A stretch of 64,000 nucleotides of DNA from positions 21,080,001 through 21,144,000 of the forward strand of contig OZ231126.1 in NCBI GenBank assembly GCA_965153355.1. Reading direction: 5' to 3'. The position numbers and the translations under genes were made by a program. Source of the stretch: Flaccisagitta enflata (taxonomy: Eukaryota). Below the pieces are notes generated by a model that did not search any database, was not told where the DNA came from, and saw nothing but the letters and a program-made list of their open reading frames with translations. Positions within the stretch are counted from its first letter, which is position 1; each line of letters opens with the position of its first letter. Positions 16,442-30,872 of the stretch are shown one piece after another.

Positions 16442-17256
16442 GGAAAAAAGTCGTAAGCATCAGTCACTTTTCACCAGGTTTTAGTCACTGCAAATCTTTT
16501 TATTTGTAAGATCAAATCAGGGACAATTGTATGTATTGATGGCACTGAAAATCAAAGAAAAATATGACTGAGCCAAAGGAGCTAGATAAGCTAAAATGCT
16601 CAAAATCATTCAAGCAGACAACCAGCTATGCTCACTGACATGCTTTCTTGTATTTGCATGCTCACATCATAACATTTATTCATTTATCCCATTAAAGAAA
16701 AAAGAAAAAATAGACTGAGCTAAATCAGCTAAATGAGCTAGAATACTCAAAAACACCCTCATAGATGAGCAGCTTTGCTCACTGACATGCTTTCTTGTAT
16801 TTGCATGCTCAACTATGTATAAAAACATTTATTCATTTATCGCATTTTAAATAAAAAAAAACAGATTGAGCTAAATGAGCTAAATGAGCTAAATTACTTA
16901 AAAATACCCTCGCAGATAAGCAGTTATGCTCAGAAACATGTTTTCTTGTATTTGCATGCTCAAACAAACTTAAAAACACTCCTTTATTGATCCTACTGAA
17001 AATAAAAAAAAATAAAAAAAATTCAATTTGAATTTTTCGTAAATAAATCTCCAAAAATTAATAAGGCAAAAAATATTTGCCGTAGAGCATTCTGCTTAGC
17101 GCCATATGAAAGAGAATTATCAAATTTACTTACCCTATCAATTTCATTGGAGGCCACATTTGGTCGGTGGAGATCCCCAACTTCCTAATAAGAAAATGAA
17201 AACCCTATTTCGCTCAAATATGTCAAAAAGTTGAAGACTGACTTCGACTTTTTTCC
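16442..17256. mobile_element. MITE with TAA TSD (PIF/Harbinger-like) containing ~147-bp tandem units
   Basis: TAA-GGAAAAAAGTCG / CGACTTTTTTCC-TAA; the motif CATGYTTTCTTGTATTTGCATGCTCA recurs near 16639, 16786 and 16937; the right end recurs at ~20553-20690. Confidence 0.65.
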
Positions 17257-18588
17257 TAATTAAAACTGAATAATATAAAAGAAAAATAAGCATGAGCTGA
17301 ATGAGTTAAATGAGCTAAAATACTCCAAGTCACTTACACAGATAACAAGCCATGCTTGAGGACATGCTTTCTTGTATTTGCATGCTCAGAAATGATTAAA
17401 ATCATTTTTTTATTTATCAATTTAAATGCTAAATGAGCTAAATGAGCTAGATGAGCTAGAATACTAAAAAACACCTTCACAGATGAGCAGCTATGCTCAT
17501 AAACATGTTTTCTTGTATTTGCATGTTCAAACAAATATAGATACACTTTTTTATTGATCCTACATAAAATCATAAAAAATTGAAAAAAAATCAATTTGAA
17601 TTATTTGTAAATAAATCTTTAAAAAATCATAGCGCAAAAAATATTTGTTGTAGAGAATTCTGCTTGGTGTCAAATGAAAGAGAATTATCAAATTTACTAG
17701 GGAACTAAGCAGGGGTAAACCAGGAAGAAAAGGAGTGAAGAAAAAGATGTCATAATTTTTTAATCACCTTTGCTATATTAAATATGAATTAATACGATTG
17801 GTATTTGATCAGTTTTCAATCAGAATTACTTGGAAACGCGTTATTGCGTGATCCTGTGATTTATTTACGATGAATTTTGGAAAAAAAATGAAAGAGAATG
17901 CAGGAGGGTCTCAAAAATCACCTCCTGAGGTAATATCGAGGCCAACTCGCTAAAACACGCCATACCATCTTGTAGATTAGCTTATGGGGAATTCAAATCT
18001 GTTTTCAAAAATTATTTTCTATGTGGCGAAGGATGGCGAGAGCCCAGACTGTGAGCCTATGTCAAGCACAATTATGAGAATCATAAATACCATCATGAAA
18101 TTGGCACGTAGAACAAACGCAAACGAGCTTCATGTTGCGTGCCTATGGAAACGTCTTTTTAGATGCGTCCTCGTATCACTATAATAGGCTGTGTCCATTG
18201 GTTGGTCGGTCAGTCAGTCGGTTGGTTGGTTGGTTGGTTAGTAATGCATTCAATGAAAACATCAAAATCCTGCACTTTCTCAACAGAAACATTCATTCAT
18301 ATAAAAACTATGCATTCATAATAAATTAAATCATATATTCATTAAGACAGGATGCATTGTTAGCCTGTTTGGCCTCATTTTGTTTTAAAATGGAATTAGT
18401 GCGTAGTTCATACAATTCAGGAATTTTCAATTTTTAGTCGCGGAGACGCGACTCTACACCTTGCCGTGTCGGTCGGTAGGTTGGTAGGTCATTCCGTCGG
18501 TCCGTTCGTCATGTTTTTGAATTTCGAGCGATTTTTGCATTACTGCTCCTGCCCAACCGTCCGTGACTAGATTGCCGTGTTTCCAGCC

Positions 18589-19267
18589 TTTTGGGCAGCG
18601 GCCCCGAAGGGGACGAAGTCCTGTAGAACACAGGGGGACTTTCGTTCGTCCGTCCGTCCGTCCGTTCGTTCGTCCGTGCGTCCCCCCCCTCAGGCCCCTC
18701 AGGCCTCAAATCTGGCCTTTCAGGCCTCAAATTTGGCCTTTCAGGCCTCAAATCTCGCCTCTTAGGCCTCAAATTTTGCCTCTAAGGCCTCAAATTCAAC
18801 CTCTCAGGCCTCAAATCTGGCCTCTCAAGCCTCAGATTAGGCCTCTCAGACCTCAAATCCAAATTCTCAGGCCTCAAACCTGGCCTCTCAGGCCTCAAAT
18901 TAGGCCTCTCAGGCTTCATATCAGCAATCTAGGCCTCAATTTATTGCTCTCAGGCTTCAAATCAGTCCTTTGATTTCAAGCTTTGATCCAGCTCTCCCAA
19001 GCCTCAAGTCAGCCCTCTCAAGCTTCCAATTGGCATTCTTAGGCCTTAAATCAACCTTCTTAGACCTCAGTTTAGGCTCTTGAAGGCCTTTGGTCAGCCC
19101 TCTATAGCATCTCATCCCCTTACTCAGGCAGGACGAACGAAAGTCCCCCTGTGTTCTACAGGACTTCGTCCACCGTTTTGGCTGCTTCCCCCTCCCTCCA
19201 ATTCACAATCACTCAAAGCAGGGCAACGGGTATCGCTGACCACATATTGCCCTTGGGCGACCTGTTT
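18589..19267 (+). mobile_element. HINE-like family B carrying a 21-bp array (AGGCCTCAAATCTGGCCTCTC)
   Basis: TTTT-GGGCAGCGGCCCCGAAGGGGACGAAGTCCTGTAGAACACAGGGGGACTTTCG arm, inverted copy at ~19135-19170, 3' TCGCTGACC plus GCCCTTGGGC hairpin; other copies at ~10050-10360, 37627-37950, 39944-40392, 44825-45320, 48674-49005, 49663-49880. Confidence 0.7.
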
Positions 19268-20037
19268 CAAATTGTAGTCGGTAGAGCAAGCTAGGTCCAA
19301 CTGACGTAGCCCGCAAATTAGCTACTAGATCGCTGCCTACAGTCACGGAGAAAGAAAAATCTAGCAGGTGTCGGAAAGATGTTCATACACGCAAATAAAG
19401 AAATAAATATCAATAAACAAGCCTTAATTTAGTGATTCTGTTGAGCATGCACGCCGGGCACGCTCCTCACAATTATGCATAAATAAAGTTATTTCCTCAA
19501 TACACAAGTTGGGATTGATTCTCATGACGACAGCGGTTTCTTTTTTAGTTGTGGACACGCAACTCCGTAAGAGGCTGTGTCTGTCCGTTGGTCTCTCCGT
19601 TGGTTCGTTGGTCAGTTGGTCACGTTCGAGTTGTCACGAGTTGAAATCGCGAAAACGCATAATTTCTATGCTGTCGTTGGTGTTGTTTGTGTGTGTGTTG
19701 GAGGTGGGTTGGGGATGTTGTTGGGAAGAGGCTGGGGTTGGATGCCCCTGCCCGCCGGCCAAAACGATATTGTAACACCCCCCCCCCATCACTTGTTTAG
19801 TCGGCTGCTACGCTTGGTTGTTCCGTCACATTCTACCTGTTTCTTTCTCCTTTTTTTTTTGTATTTGCGGTCTTAGGTCTCGCTGTTTCTCTCTGAATGT
19901 TTTAATTACCTAAAATGCGGCCCCTGCCCACCTGTCTATGACTGGGGTAGCCTTGTATCCAGCCTTGTTGCTATGTTCAAATCCAACTAAGTTGTGAGTG
20001 CGGGTAATGGCCTGCGCACGTGTGTGTGTGTGTGTGG

Positions 20038-20076
<39 letters not shown>

Positions 20077-21220
20077 TGCGTGTGTGTTTGTGCGTGTGTG
20101 TGTGTGTGTGTATGTATGTGTGTCTGTGTGTGTTTAGTTGTACAATCTGAAATTAAATGGAATATGGTGTTGTTTATTAACTTTCAAACCGATGTAAATT
20201 TCCAAGTGAAAGATGACCTATCAATTTTGTCAAAAATTCTACTAACACTCAAATCTTATCAATAACGGCCGGCCTAGGTGTTGCCAGCATCACCACCAGT
20301 ATCCATGTTAATTGTCTGGTACCTACTAATCTCGACTCATTGCAAGACACAGTATAGCTCCATTTTCTTGGAGAAAAAAAAATTGCCAGAAATTTAGGGG
20401 CAGATACCGCTCGCTTACACTACCCCAGGCGTTATGAAATGAGTCCCAAGTGTCATTTATGGCTGTCATTTGTGTGACTCATGTAAATACGAGCCATTCC
20501 ATGTGCTGGAGGCCTTATTCAAACATTTCAGCTGTTTTCGTATTAGTACCCTAAATTTACTTACCCTATGAATTTCATTGGAGGCCTCAATTAGCCCTAT
20601 GAGATGCCCAACTTCCTAATCAGAAAATGAAAACCCTATTTCTCTCGAATATGTCAAAAAGTCAAAGACTGACTTCGACTTTTTTGCCGATCACTTAAGT
20701 CAAATAGGTCAATTTTGTCATTTAATTCATTTTTAGTCTTTCAAAGTCATTTAAAGTCATCTTAACTCAAGTCATTTTAAGTCATTTTGAGTCTTATAAT
20801 GTCATCCTGAGTTATTTATGTTCTGCACACAACTTACAGGTGTTGGCATTGTTTACATGTGATGCATGAGCAGGAAATCACTTCACTGCAAGAGCTTAGT
20901 TTTGGGGTATTACCCTACACTTCCATAAAAGTTTTGGTCAAGCGGTTTTTTAATTTTCAGACGGACAAATAGATGGAAAATAGTTTTTGACGGTTCTTAC
21001 GGTAAGCTTTTTTCGCGCTCTTTTTCTTTCTATTTTTCAGCGGACTTTTCTATTCATAGTTTTCTTAAAAACTCATGGGGGAACTTTGTTTACAGAATAA
21101 ATCAAGGAGTAAAATGCCATGGAAACCACCGGACACAACTCTATCAAATGTGGGTTGAAAGTTCATTATTGAATAACTACCATGCAAACTTTCAGAGTTA
21201 TGTGAAGCACTCTATGTGTC

Positions 21221-21393
<173 letters not shown>

Positions 21394-22225
21394 TCCCTTC
21401 TTGAAGTTATTTCATTCGTAAGGTATGACAAGAAAAATTAAGCTACTCATTCAGATACTTGGAAAAAAATTTTAGATATTTTTTAGATACCTAGAGGGCT
21501 ACTGTCAGCTACCTGGGCTTGCTTTCTCATTACTCATCATGAAAATTTGTTGTCCTTGCATGAGCAATCTTTTTTCCCGTTGCTATTTTTTAGGTGCATC
21601 AACGCACCTCTATACCTGAATGTGTCCGTCGGTCTGTCGGTTGGTTGGTTGGTCGGTAACGCATTCGTTCCGCGATCCATACGGCCTGCATTGGCCTATT
21701 TGGCCTTGTTTCATCATTTTTTCCTTCTTTCGTTCAAACCTTCATTCATCTCTCCATCCCTTAATCAATTAATCTCTTCTTATCCTATCAATAAGACAAA
21801 CTGTGAGAAATTAAGGTTGTCGTTTTGTTTTCCTTTTACTAGTCCCCTAAAAAAAACCTTGTAAGAGGGCAGTGGTTACACGCCGATTTGGGCAAGTTTC
21901 GACTTGAAATCAAGTTAGCAACGCATATCCTTCCAAAAACAATTAAATGGCATGAAGAGTAAGGCTGTACTCGGTGGCTAGCATTGAAGGCAGACAGGCA
22001 GAACTCAATGTAGTTGCTAGTAATGAGTAAACCATATTTCCATCTGTTCGGATTTACTCCAACACGCAGCCTTTTATTTCAGTTCAGAGCCAAAATAGAA
22101 AAGAGACTCCAATTTGCAAAAAGGGGAAATTTAGGAAAGGTCATAAGATAAATCTGCGACGAGAAATTCTTTTGCGATTCTCTTTTCTTTCTCTCTTTCT
22201 TTCTTTTTTTCTTTCTTTCTTCCTT

Positions 22226-22311
<86 letters not shown>

Positions 22312-22397
22312 TTTTTCTCTATTTCTTTTATCCTTTCTTTCCTTCATTCTTTCTTTCTTTCTTTTTCGCTTTTTTTCTTTCTCTCTTTCTCTCATTC

Positions 22398-22483
<86 letters not shown>

Positions 22484-22959
22484 TTTCTTTCTAACTATCT
22501 ATCTTTCCTTCTTTCTTTCTTGCTTTCTCGATTTCATTTATTCATTCTCTCTCTCTTTCTTTCTTTTTTTCTATCTCTCTTCTTTCTAACCGTCCCTCCT
22601 TTTTCAACTTGTCTTCTTTCGATCTTAATCGCGTGCACGCGACTCTATAACCCGCTATATCCGTTGGTTGGTCGGTCCTTCATTGTTTGCTTTTCTGGCA
22701 CTTATGGGCGGTTAATCATTACTGCTCCAGCCCCAAAGCTTTGGTTGACCTTTTTTATCACTGTCCCTGCCCACCCGCACGCGACTTCGGTAACCGTGTA
22801 TTAGGCCTTGTTTTACTTATTTCTCCTTTCTATTTTTTTTTCTTTTTTTCCTTCTTTTTCTTTTGTATCGGAAATGGAAGGGAAAAAGCGGAAAAAGAAT
22901 TCAATGGAAAATCCTCATGGAAGCCGTTTGTGTCAGAAGAGAGAAAAGGAACGCGACAT

Positions 22960-23370
22960 CAGGGAGCTGGAAAGGGGATTTGCAGACACAAAATCCATCA
23001 AAATAGAAGAAGGAAAAAAGGGGAGTAGGCTCTTGAAAAGATCGGTGGGCTGGGAAGGGGAGTGGGCTGGAAAGGGGATTTGCAGAGACAAAATCCATCA
23101 AAATAGAAGAAGGAAAAGAGGGGAGTAGACTCACGAAAACATCCGTAGGCTGGGAAGGGGAGTGTGTTGGATAGGGGATTTGCGGAGACAAAATCCATCA
23201 AAATAGAAGAAGGAAAAGAGGGGAGTTGGCTCTTGAAAAGATCAGTAAGCTGGGAAGGGGGGGAGGGGGTGGGTTGGGAGGAGATTTGCAGACACAAAAT
23301 ACGAAGGAAAAAGGGGAATAGCCTCAGGAAAAGACGGGGAGCGGGAGAGGGGATTTGCAGACAGAAATTC
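22960..23370. repeat. ~100-bp purine-rich tandem repeat (4-5 decaying units)
   Basis: GGGGATTTGCRGASACAAAATCCATCAAAATAGAAGAAGG recurs at ~100-bp spacing. Confidence 0.8.
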
Positions 23371-24376
23371 AAGTAGGGAAAGGGGAAAGCGGAGAGTACC
23401 TGGGTAGTGGGGGTACAAGGCCGGATACACGGTTACTCCCGTCGCATACTGCTGAGCAGGGGTTGTTTTTGAGGTCACTTGATCATTTGGGCAGGAGCGG
23501 TGAGGCCAAAGACCGAAAAAAAAACTAAAAAAGTAGTGTGATGGACGGACCAAGTGACATACGGACCGTGGTCTGACGAACCGACAAGGCGGGGTGTAGA
23601 GTCGCCTAGCACGCGACTGAAAAAGATACAAGAATATCATTACAAAGGAAGAGAAAATAGATTGGAATACGTTTACGTAAAACGTTTAGAGAAGAAATTT
23701 TCAAACAAAAATGGAAATGTTTATATGCCAAGAATGGAAGATGGAGAAAAAGTTGGAGGCCACGTCCACCACATCCTAGGATGCGGTAAATGTCGATCTT
23801 GAATAATGAATAATGAAAATAGCAGAAAATTTTTCTTAAACAGTTTCTCTATCAACAATAGTTGGTTTCATTTTGGTCTTCAATTTGTGGGGACGTGTTC
23901 CATTTTGCGAATTGGTAATTGAGCTGCAATACTTCCATATGGAGCAGGATGTGGTGAGATGGAAGGGGGAAATGAAAGGGGGAGTGGGGAGGAGGTTTGC
24001 AGACTTTAATCAAATAGAAGAAACGAGAATTTGTGGGGATTCTGCTGAATCATGCGAGGTCTTGGAGGAGGAGTTGAGATGAGATTTACGGAGGGGGGGA
24101 GGGGATCATAAAGAGGAAAAAAACAAAATATTGGAATCGATAATGGCAAAAAAGAAATGAGATAACGGTTTTTAGGAACGCTATTCGCAAATGTGCGATC
24201 ACGATAGACTCACCAAACAGAAGAAAAGGGACGAAATGAGGCAGATGGCGTCAGCGGCAATTTGTGATTAGTCACAAGTTTGGCCTGAAAAATATTCCAA
24301 CCTCCAAAGACAGGATGAGGGATGAAACAGGATGAAACGGATTAGAAGGACGAAATGAGACGACAAAAAAGGGATT

Positions 24377-24483
<107 letters not shown>

Positions 24484-26522
24484 CAGTAATGCGAAAAACA
24501 CTCGGAATTCAAAAATGTGACGGACGGACGGACCGACATACCGACCTACCGACTGACACGGTAAGGTGTAGAGTCGCGTGTCCGCGACTAAAAAGGACAT
24601 AAAAACAAGAAAAACGAATAGCAGTTGTATGCGGTCTTGCGGTTATGAAAGGCATTTTTTCGCTTACCTTTCGGTGACAGACCAACAGACCGACGAACAA
24701 ACAAATCCCATGACCGACTAAAAGACAGAAACATAGTCAGATAGTGAAAGAGAACGGAGCGATTTAACGGGAATGAGAAACGGAAGATTGACGTGGTAAT
24801 GATAAAAGATTCGTCGCGGAAAGGTGATGAAGCATGACCTGTCTCAATGGCAAAAGTGGGGCGTGGACCGTAGAGAGTGGGACGTGGGTAAAGGGAGGGC
24901 TTAATAGCGTGAGCATAGGAGGAAAATGGGATTACCCTCTGACAAGGTTTCCGAAACTCAATTTGGGCGTCGAGCGGAGGATAGTGAGACAACGCAATGT
25001 CAGCGTGGGCATTCTGAGAAGGGTGGGGATGACATAAGGAATTGGGGAGGCGGGAGAATAAAAAGAAATGACATAAGGAAGAACCTTGATTACCAAGGGT
25101 TTTAGAGAGTGGAGCAATGTGAGCGTGGGGTCAAGGCCAAGGGAGTACAGAATAAGTTTTGGGGCTACGGCCACAACCAATACCATGCGACTCAACAAAA
25201 AAGACGCACTTTTGAATAACTAACTTTGCCTTTGAATCTTAAAAGAAAACTTATTAAAATCTTAGATCATTTGAAAGTCCTTCGAACGTACTTTCATTTG
25301 ACGCCAATCTGGTATTGCTATCTTTTATCGTTTAGAAATGGCATTAGTTTGAGTGATATCCTTGCTCATTTCAGTTTTGTAATCCTTATATAAAAATGTA
25401 TTTTAGTAAACTAGTGCTTCTCTTTGCAGGGCTTTAGCTTCTAAACCGTTTGAGATACAGACCTGGGATTAGTCTAGATTGAAAGATAATTTTAAAATCT
25501 TTTAAAATATCTTTGTTAAAAATAATTAAAATCAATTTTCATATCTGTTTTATCAATTGTTAAATAGGTGAGTCTTTTTTCTTTTCTTTTTTAACCACGT
25601 GGTACGTAGTCGCTTGCGGGTGGACAGAGCCAGAAAGTTGGTGGGCGTGGGCTGTATAGTCACTGGGCAGGGGCCGTAATGCGCAGGAATCGCTTTTTTG
25701 ACCGTTTAATCATTGACAATAAACAGACCTACCGATCGACAGACTCACAGAAACAAACTATTTTAGAAGTGCTTTGGCGTATCTGAAAACGATGGAAATG
25801 TTAGTACAAAACGATGAGAATGAAGCAACCGAAACTGAGCGCAGGGAAATGGGCAAGGAATCAGATGAAGTGGGGGGCGGTTGGTCATGGCGTGGAGTAA
25901 AGCAGGACACAAAATCCAAATGTCCTGTCAATTCTGGATAACATCTGTGTGTGGGGGGGGGGGGAAATCGATATCCACAGGATTCGAAATCTTCTGGAGT
26001 TCGCTGCAGCGTTCTGAACAATGTTCCATTCCATTTGGCTGAAATGACGCAGCAGATTTCATCGATAGCCATGATCCGGCAAGGAATGCACCAATAGCGC
26101 TTACACAGGCCTCGCAATCACCGCATGCACCGCTTGTACAAGGATCTATCTCATCAGAATGATGATTCTTTAGAATATGAAATAATTTTCAAAATTATCA
26201 AAAAATGTCATTTAAGTATTTGGTTCCAATTTGAGCTTACCGTTTTCTAAATTTCTGCCATTTGAATAGCAGGTACTGCAAGACTGCAAAATGCAAACTA
26301 GGTGTTCAATGCCAACAGTATTTCAGACGTTATCCATCTTGTTGATTTTTGTCCTTGTATATTTTCATTAACCATTCCTTTTGGCTTACAGATGGATAGG
26401 GGAAATAATGAACGGAATGAGATTTCTTTTTGCCGGATCCATCGTTAATTTCGAAGCGCATGTGACAGTTGTGAAAATGGAGCGGAGAAGAGAAATTGAG
26501 GAAAAACAGTGAAAAGGAAATG

Positions 26523-26766
26523 AACAAGGCCGGATAAACGGCTACCCCAGTCGCGTGCGGGTGGGCAGGGGCCATAATTGAGGTCAGTGGAGCATTTGGG
26601 CAGGAGCAGTGAGGCCAAAAAAACCATTAACGCCGAAAAAGTAAAGTGTGATGGACCGACGGACGGACGGACGGACGGACGGACGGACGGACGGATGGAC
26701 GGACGGACGGACCGATGGACAGACCGACAAAGCGGGGTGTAGAGTCGCGTAGCACGCGACTAAAAA
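26523..26766 (-). mobile_element. HINE-like family A, full-length copy
   Basis: AACAAGGCCGGATAAACGGC..AGTCGCGTGC..(GGAC)n..AGTCGCGTAGCACGCGACTAAAAA; nearly identical to 34075-34298. Confidence 0.8.
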
Positions 26767-26975
26767 TGAAAATGAAAAATTGCCAAAATTGGAATTCGCG
26801 ATGAAAGTCGATTTCCAGATGAGCGACGATCCATGAAACCGTGGAATTATCAGGGGATATGGAACTGCCAGAATTTGCGAATCCGACGAGAAACGTTATT
26901 AAACTATCCAAATACAGAGCAGGTTAATTCAAGCGCTCATTAGGCGGAGATGATATGCTATCGCATGCAAGATTG

Positions 26976-27187
26976 AACAAGGCCGGATACACGGCTACCC
27001 AAGTCGCGTGCGGGTGGGCAGGGGCCATATTTGAGGCCACTCCATCATTTGGGCAGAAGCAGTAAGGCCAAAGACCGCAAAAACTAAAAAAAAGTAAAGT
27101 GTGACGGACGGACCGACGGACCGACGGACCGACGGACGGACGGACCGACAAAGCGGGTTGTAGAGTCGCGTGCACGCGACTAAAAAA
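26976..27187 (-). mobile_element. HINE-like family A, full-length copy
   Basis: Same termini. Further copies at ~3215, 12338, 16181, 18431, 19539, 22627, 23415, 24480, 27771, 32687, 36537, 36709, 37999, 39159, 40675, 47073, 49106. Confidence 0.8.
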
Positions 27188-27624
27188 TAATCAACTGTAC
27201 AAGTTCAAGTGGAGGCAGTAAGGAAAGATCGACCACTATAGCACCATAGACGGAAGGACAGCGAGGGCGAGTGGCAGGACGCGGCGGTCCGATGAATAGG
27301 TTGATAGAATAGAGGAGGTACCCATCTCTTACGATTCCATTTGTTGTTCCATAAGCCTTAGTGCGACTCTGTCACTGGGTGGAAAGAGTTAAGGCTAATG
27401 AAACAATATGTATGCGGGGAAAGTTTTCGACCTCTTGAGCAAAGCGACCAAAGTGAAGAAATAAATCTCTCTAAGAAAGACAAAGATGGAGATGCTCAAA
27501 GTCTTCTTTCTTATCTGATTTTTTTTCTCTCTTTTGTTGTTCCTCTCTCTCTCCATCATTCTGTTTTTCTTGCTTGATTCCTTTTCTTTAATTCATTCTT
27601 TCTTTGATCTTTTCTTTCTTTCTG

Positions 27625-27692
<68 letters not shown>

Positions 27693-28127
27693 TCATTTTG
27701 TTTTTTATCCATTTATTTATTTTTTTCTTTCCTGTCCTTGTTTTCTCCCCTCCACAGTTCCACCGTTCCCTTTTTAGTCCTGTGCACGCGGCTCTATAAC
27801 CTGCTGTCTGTTGGTCCGTCGGTACGTCCATTGGTCCATGGGTCCTAAGCACTTCGCTTTCTCAGCATCTACAGGCAGTTATTGCGTAACTGTCCCTGGC
27901 CAAATGCTTGGTTAGCCTTTTTCATCACTGCCCCTGCCCACCCAACGCAACTTGGATGGCCGTGTATCCGGCCTTGTTTTTCTCTCGAATAGCAATAAAC
28001 GAACTGACGTGACGAAACTTGCCACAGATTCACATAAACTAATGGGACTGGATGGAAGGAGCAGTACAAACGGTAATCTTGATTCTTCAGGCACAATTAA
28101 GCACGTCTGCATGATCTGGTATCAGCC

Positions 28128-28162
<35 letters not shown>

Positions 28163-29018
28163 TGGTCAGTCGAGCTGTTCTTTTTACGACAACGATACAG
28201 GATATGAACCGGGCTTACCTGAGAGTCAACTTGTCCTCTTGTCCTTCTTTTTCCATCTAAGAGGACAGTACATTTTAGCGAAAGAATCGTCGGAAGCGTC
28301 CTCGCCTTTCTATCCGTTGACCAAATATCTTGAGAGTCCATTCCTTCTTCTGAACATCTCTCGTTGCATCGGGATGCCGTCTTACTTTTTTGTTTCCTGA
28401 GAATGAATACAAAATAACAAAATACAGTCAACAACGGCTCACAACAGAGCATGTTTTGTAGTATCATTTAATCACAAAGGCAAAGCCTCTTTGGCTAGAA
28501 TGTAAATGCTAAAGTCATCATCGCCTCTATCCCCCAACAGACAATAAGTTAAGTCGTAAATCTGGTCTTGATTTCCTAGTAAACGGTGATGTTTTATTGT
28601 TAATGATTATGTAATTTGGCTCGCGGATCCTCCCTCTCCAAGTTGAGCATCGTTCCATAGATTGCCGATTAGTACTGAGGTAGGTCGAGATACTGTTTTT
28701 TTAAGCAGCTAGTCTTCAAGGTGCAGTTACTGACTTTCTTGGTCCAGCGGTTCATAGGTCCTAAAGGTTGAGATCCTAGCCCGAAAAATCTCAATTCTAT
28801 CCTCAGAAAACTTACAGTGTGATGTAAATTGAAGGAACAGGGGCGTTGGACCATTTGGCATTCTCTCGGCAAGTAATTTGCATGACATTCCTCAACCAAC
28901 TACTTACAAATTTGACCATTTTTTCCTCAAAACCAATTTTGTCTAGGCTGTGCTGTGAATTTTTTTTTTTCTTAAATCTAAAATGCTCTGTAACCCATCA
29001 GAGAAATGAAGGAATGTG

Positions 29019-29125
<107 letters not shown>

Positions 29126-29754
29126 GACAAAGACAGAGAGACAGAGAGACAGAGACAGAGACAGACAGACAGAGAGACAGAGAGAGAAAGAGAGAGACAG
29201 AGAGAGAATGAAGGAGTAAATTCCTTTCTGTTTGAAATTGAAAAAAAATTCTTCACTGAAAGATCCCCCGCGTTTAGATTCAAAACCGCTTTTTAAAGGC
29301 TGCAGATAATTCTCTTCGCGTTTCCCTCTCTCCACCGTCAGATGGCAGGTTTACGACATTAGCTGCTCCTGCCGCTGCTGCGGCTGATGACGCTCCCGGC
29401 TGCTGCAGCTGCTGCAGATGAACGCAGCAGGAGTTGCCGCCGAAGGCCGCCATGAAAAGTAGGGCGAGAGATGGATATTCTTCGTTTTGCCCTTCATCTT
29501 AGACCCTCCCCATCGAAACCCATTTTCAATTTCATCTCATCCGTTCTGTCTCTTCTTCCTCTCTTTCAATCTCTGCTTCTCTCTTCCTCTTCCATTTTTC
29601 GATTCATCTCTCCTACGGTTGTATTCAGGAGGGGCCGCTTAAATGAAATTTTAGGATTCATTCTCTTTTTTTCTGTCTCTTCTGTCTCTTCTGTCTCGTC
29701 TTTCTATTTGTCTGTCTATCTCTCCGGCAGTGCGTCTGTGAAAATGTTTGTATA

Positions 29755-30183
29755 CACGCCGTATTTTTTATAAGAACACAGTTTTTCAAAGTGAGGCTCA
29801 GCGTTCTTATTTTTTACCCTATTTTCAGGCTCAAACGTTCTTAACCCGTTCTTATTTTGGTAGCATTGGAGATTCTTCATCATAGTTGCTAGCTATTCAT
29901 AATCAATGAAGTAAATGGACTTTATTCTCAGTCCATACATAATTTTGTTTCTGTAAGTTATGAAATAAAAATTATGTAGATGATAAAGGTAACTGGTCTA
30001 ATTGTTTAGGATGGAGGATTCTGTACAACTTTTTATAATTGTTTCCTTTAAAAATTTTATCAAAGCGTACTTAAAAACATATTTTTGCTAAAATCTGAGC
30101 ATGTAATTGAGATGTTTTTATTTTTTCACCAAATCTGAGGCTGATGTTCTTATAAACAGTGTTCCTAGACAAAATACAGCGTG
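29755..30183. mobile_element. TA-flanked MITE
   Basis: TA-CACGCCGTATTTTTTATAAGAACAC / GTGTTCCTAGACAAAATACAGCGTG-TA. Confidence 0.75.
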
Positions 30184-30432
30184 TACTTATCGTTCTTGTC
30201 AGTCTATCCTACCTATGTTTGTCTGTTATCATTGTCTGACTTTCTGTCTGTCTGTTAGTCTCATTCTCTTTTTTTGTCTACGCATCCACAAACCTGTCTC
30301 TCTATCAGGCAGTATTTCATTTTGTTAATCTGCAAGTCTGTCTCTTTGTCAGTCTTTGAGCCCGTCCCTCTGTGTCGTCTATCTCTCCATCAGTCTATCA
30401 TTCTCGCGTTTGCTTTCTAAATGTCTATTCAT

Positions 30433-30489
<57 letters not shown>

Positions 30490-30781
30490 TCCTTTTGCTC
30501 ACATTCTTAAATTTAGATTTTATGTATACAGGGAAGAGTCTTCAGCTGGAGAATGTCAAAACCTCTTTTTTATGATTTTAACTCATCAATTCCAAGGGCA
30601 AATACATGGGAGGCATCGGGGTTGATCATTTGGAGCCTGTGCCCCATTACTTTACTAATTGTATTCGCCTATTTTCTTTACAAATTGCATACTTTTTAAA
30701 ATCAGTTTTTTTTAAAGAGTTTACATGAATCTATATCAATACCCCAACATGTTATTGATGTTTTGGAGCGATAAATTGTCG

Positions 30782-30826
<45 letters not shown>

Positions 30827-30833
30827 CGATGAC

Positions 30834-30872
<39 letters not shown>

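Noticed and set aside
18563..18973. RPQI-repeat 'proteins' (also 48567-49220, 9957-10286, 40074-40310)
   Set aside because: The 21-bp array unit is a multiple of 3, so frames stay open on both strands; non-coding element cargo
26523..27187. Family A as a tRNA-derived SINE
   Set aside because: No A/B boxes, cloverleaf or variable TSD; subterminal IRs and a 3' hairpin fit HINE-type elements better
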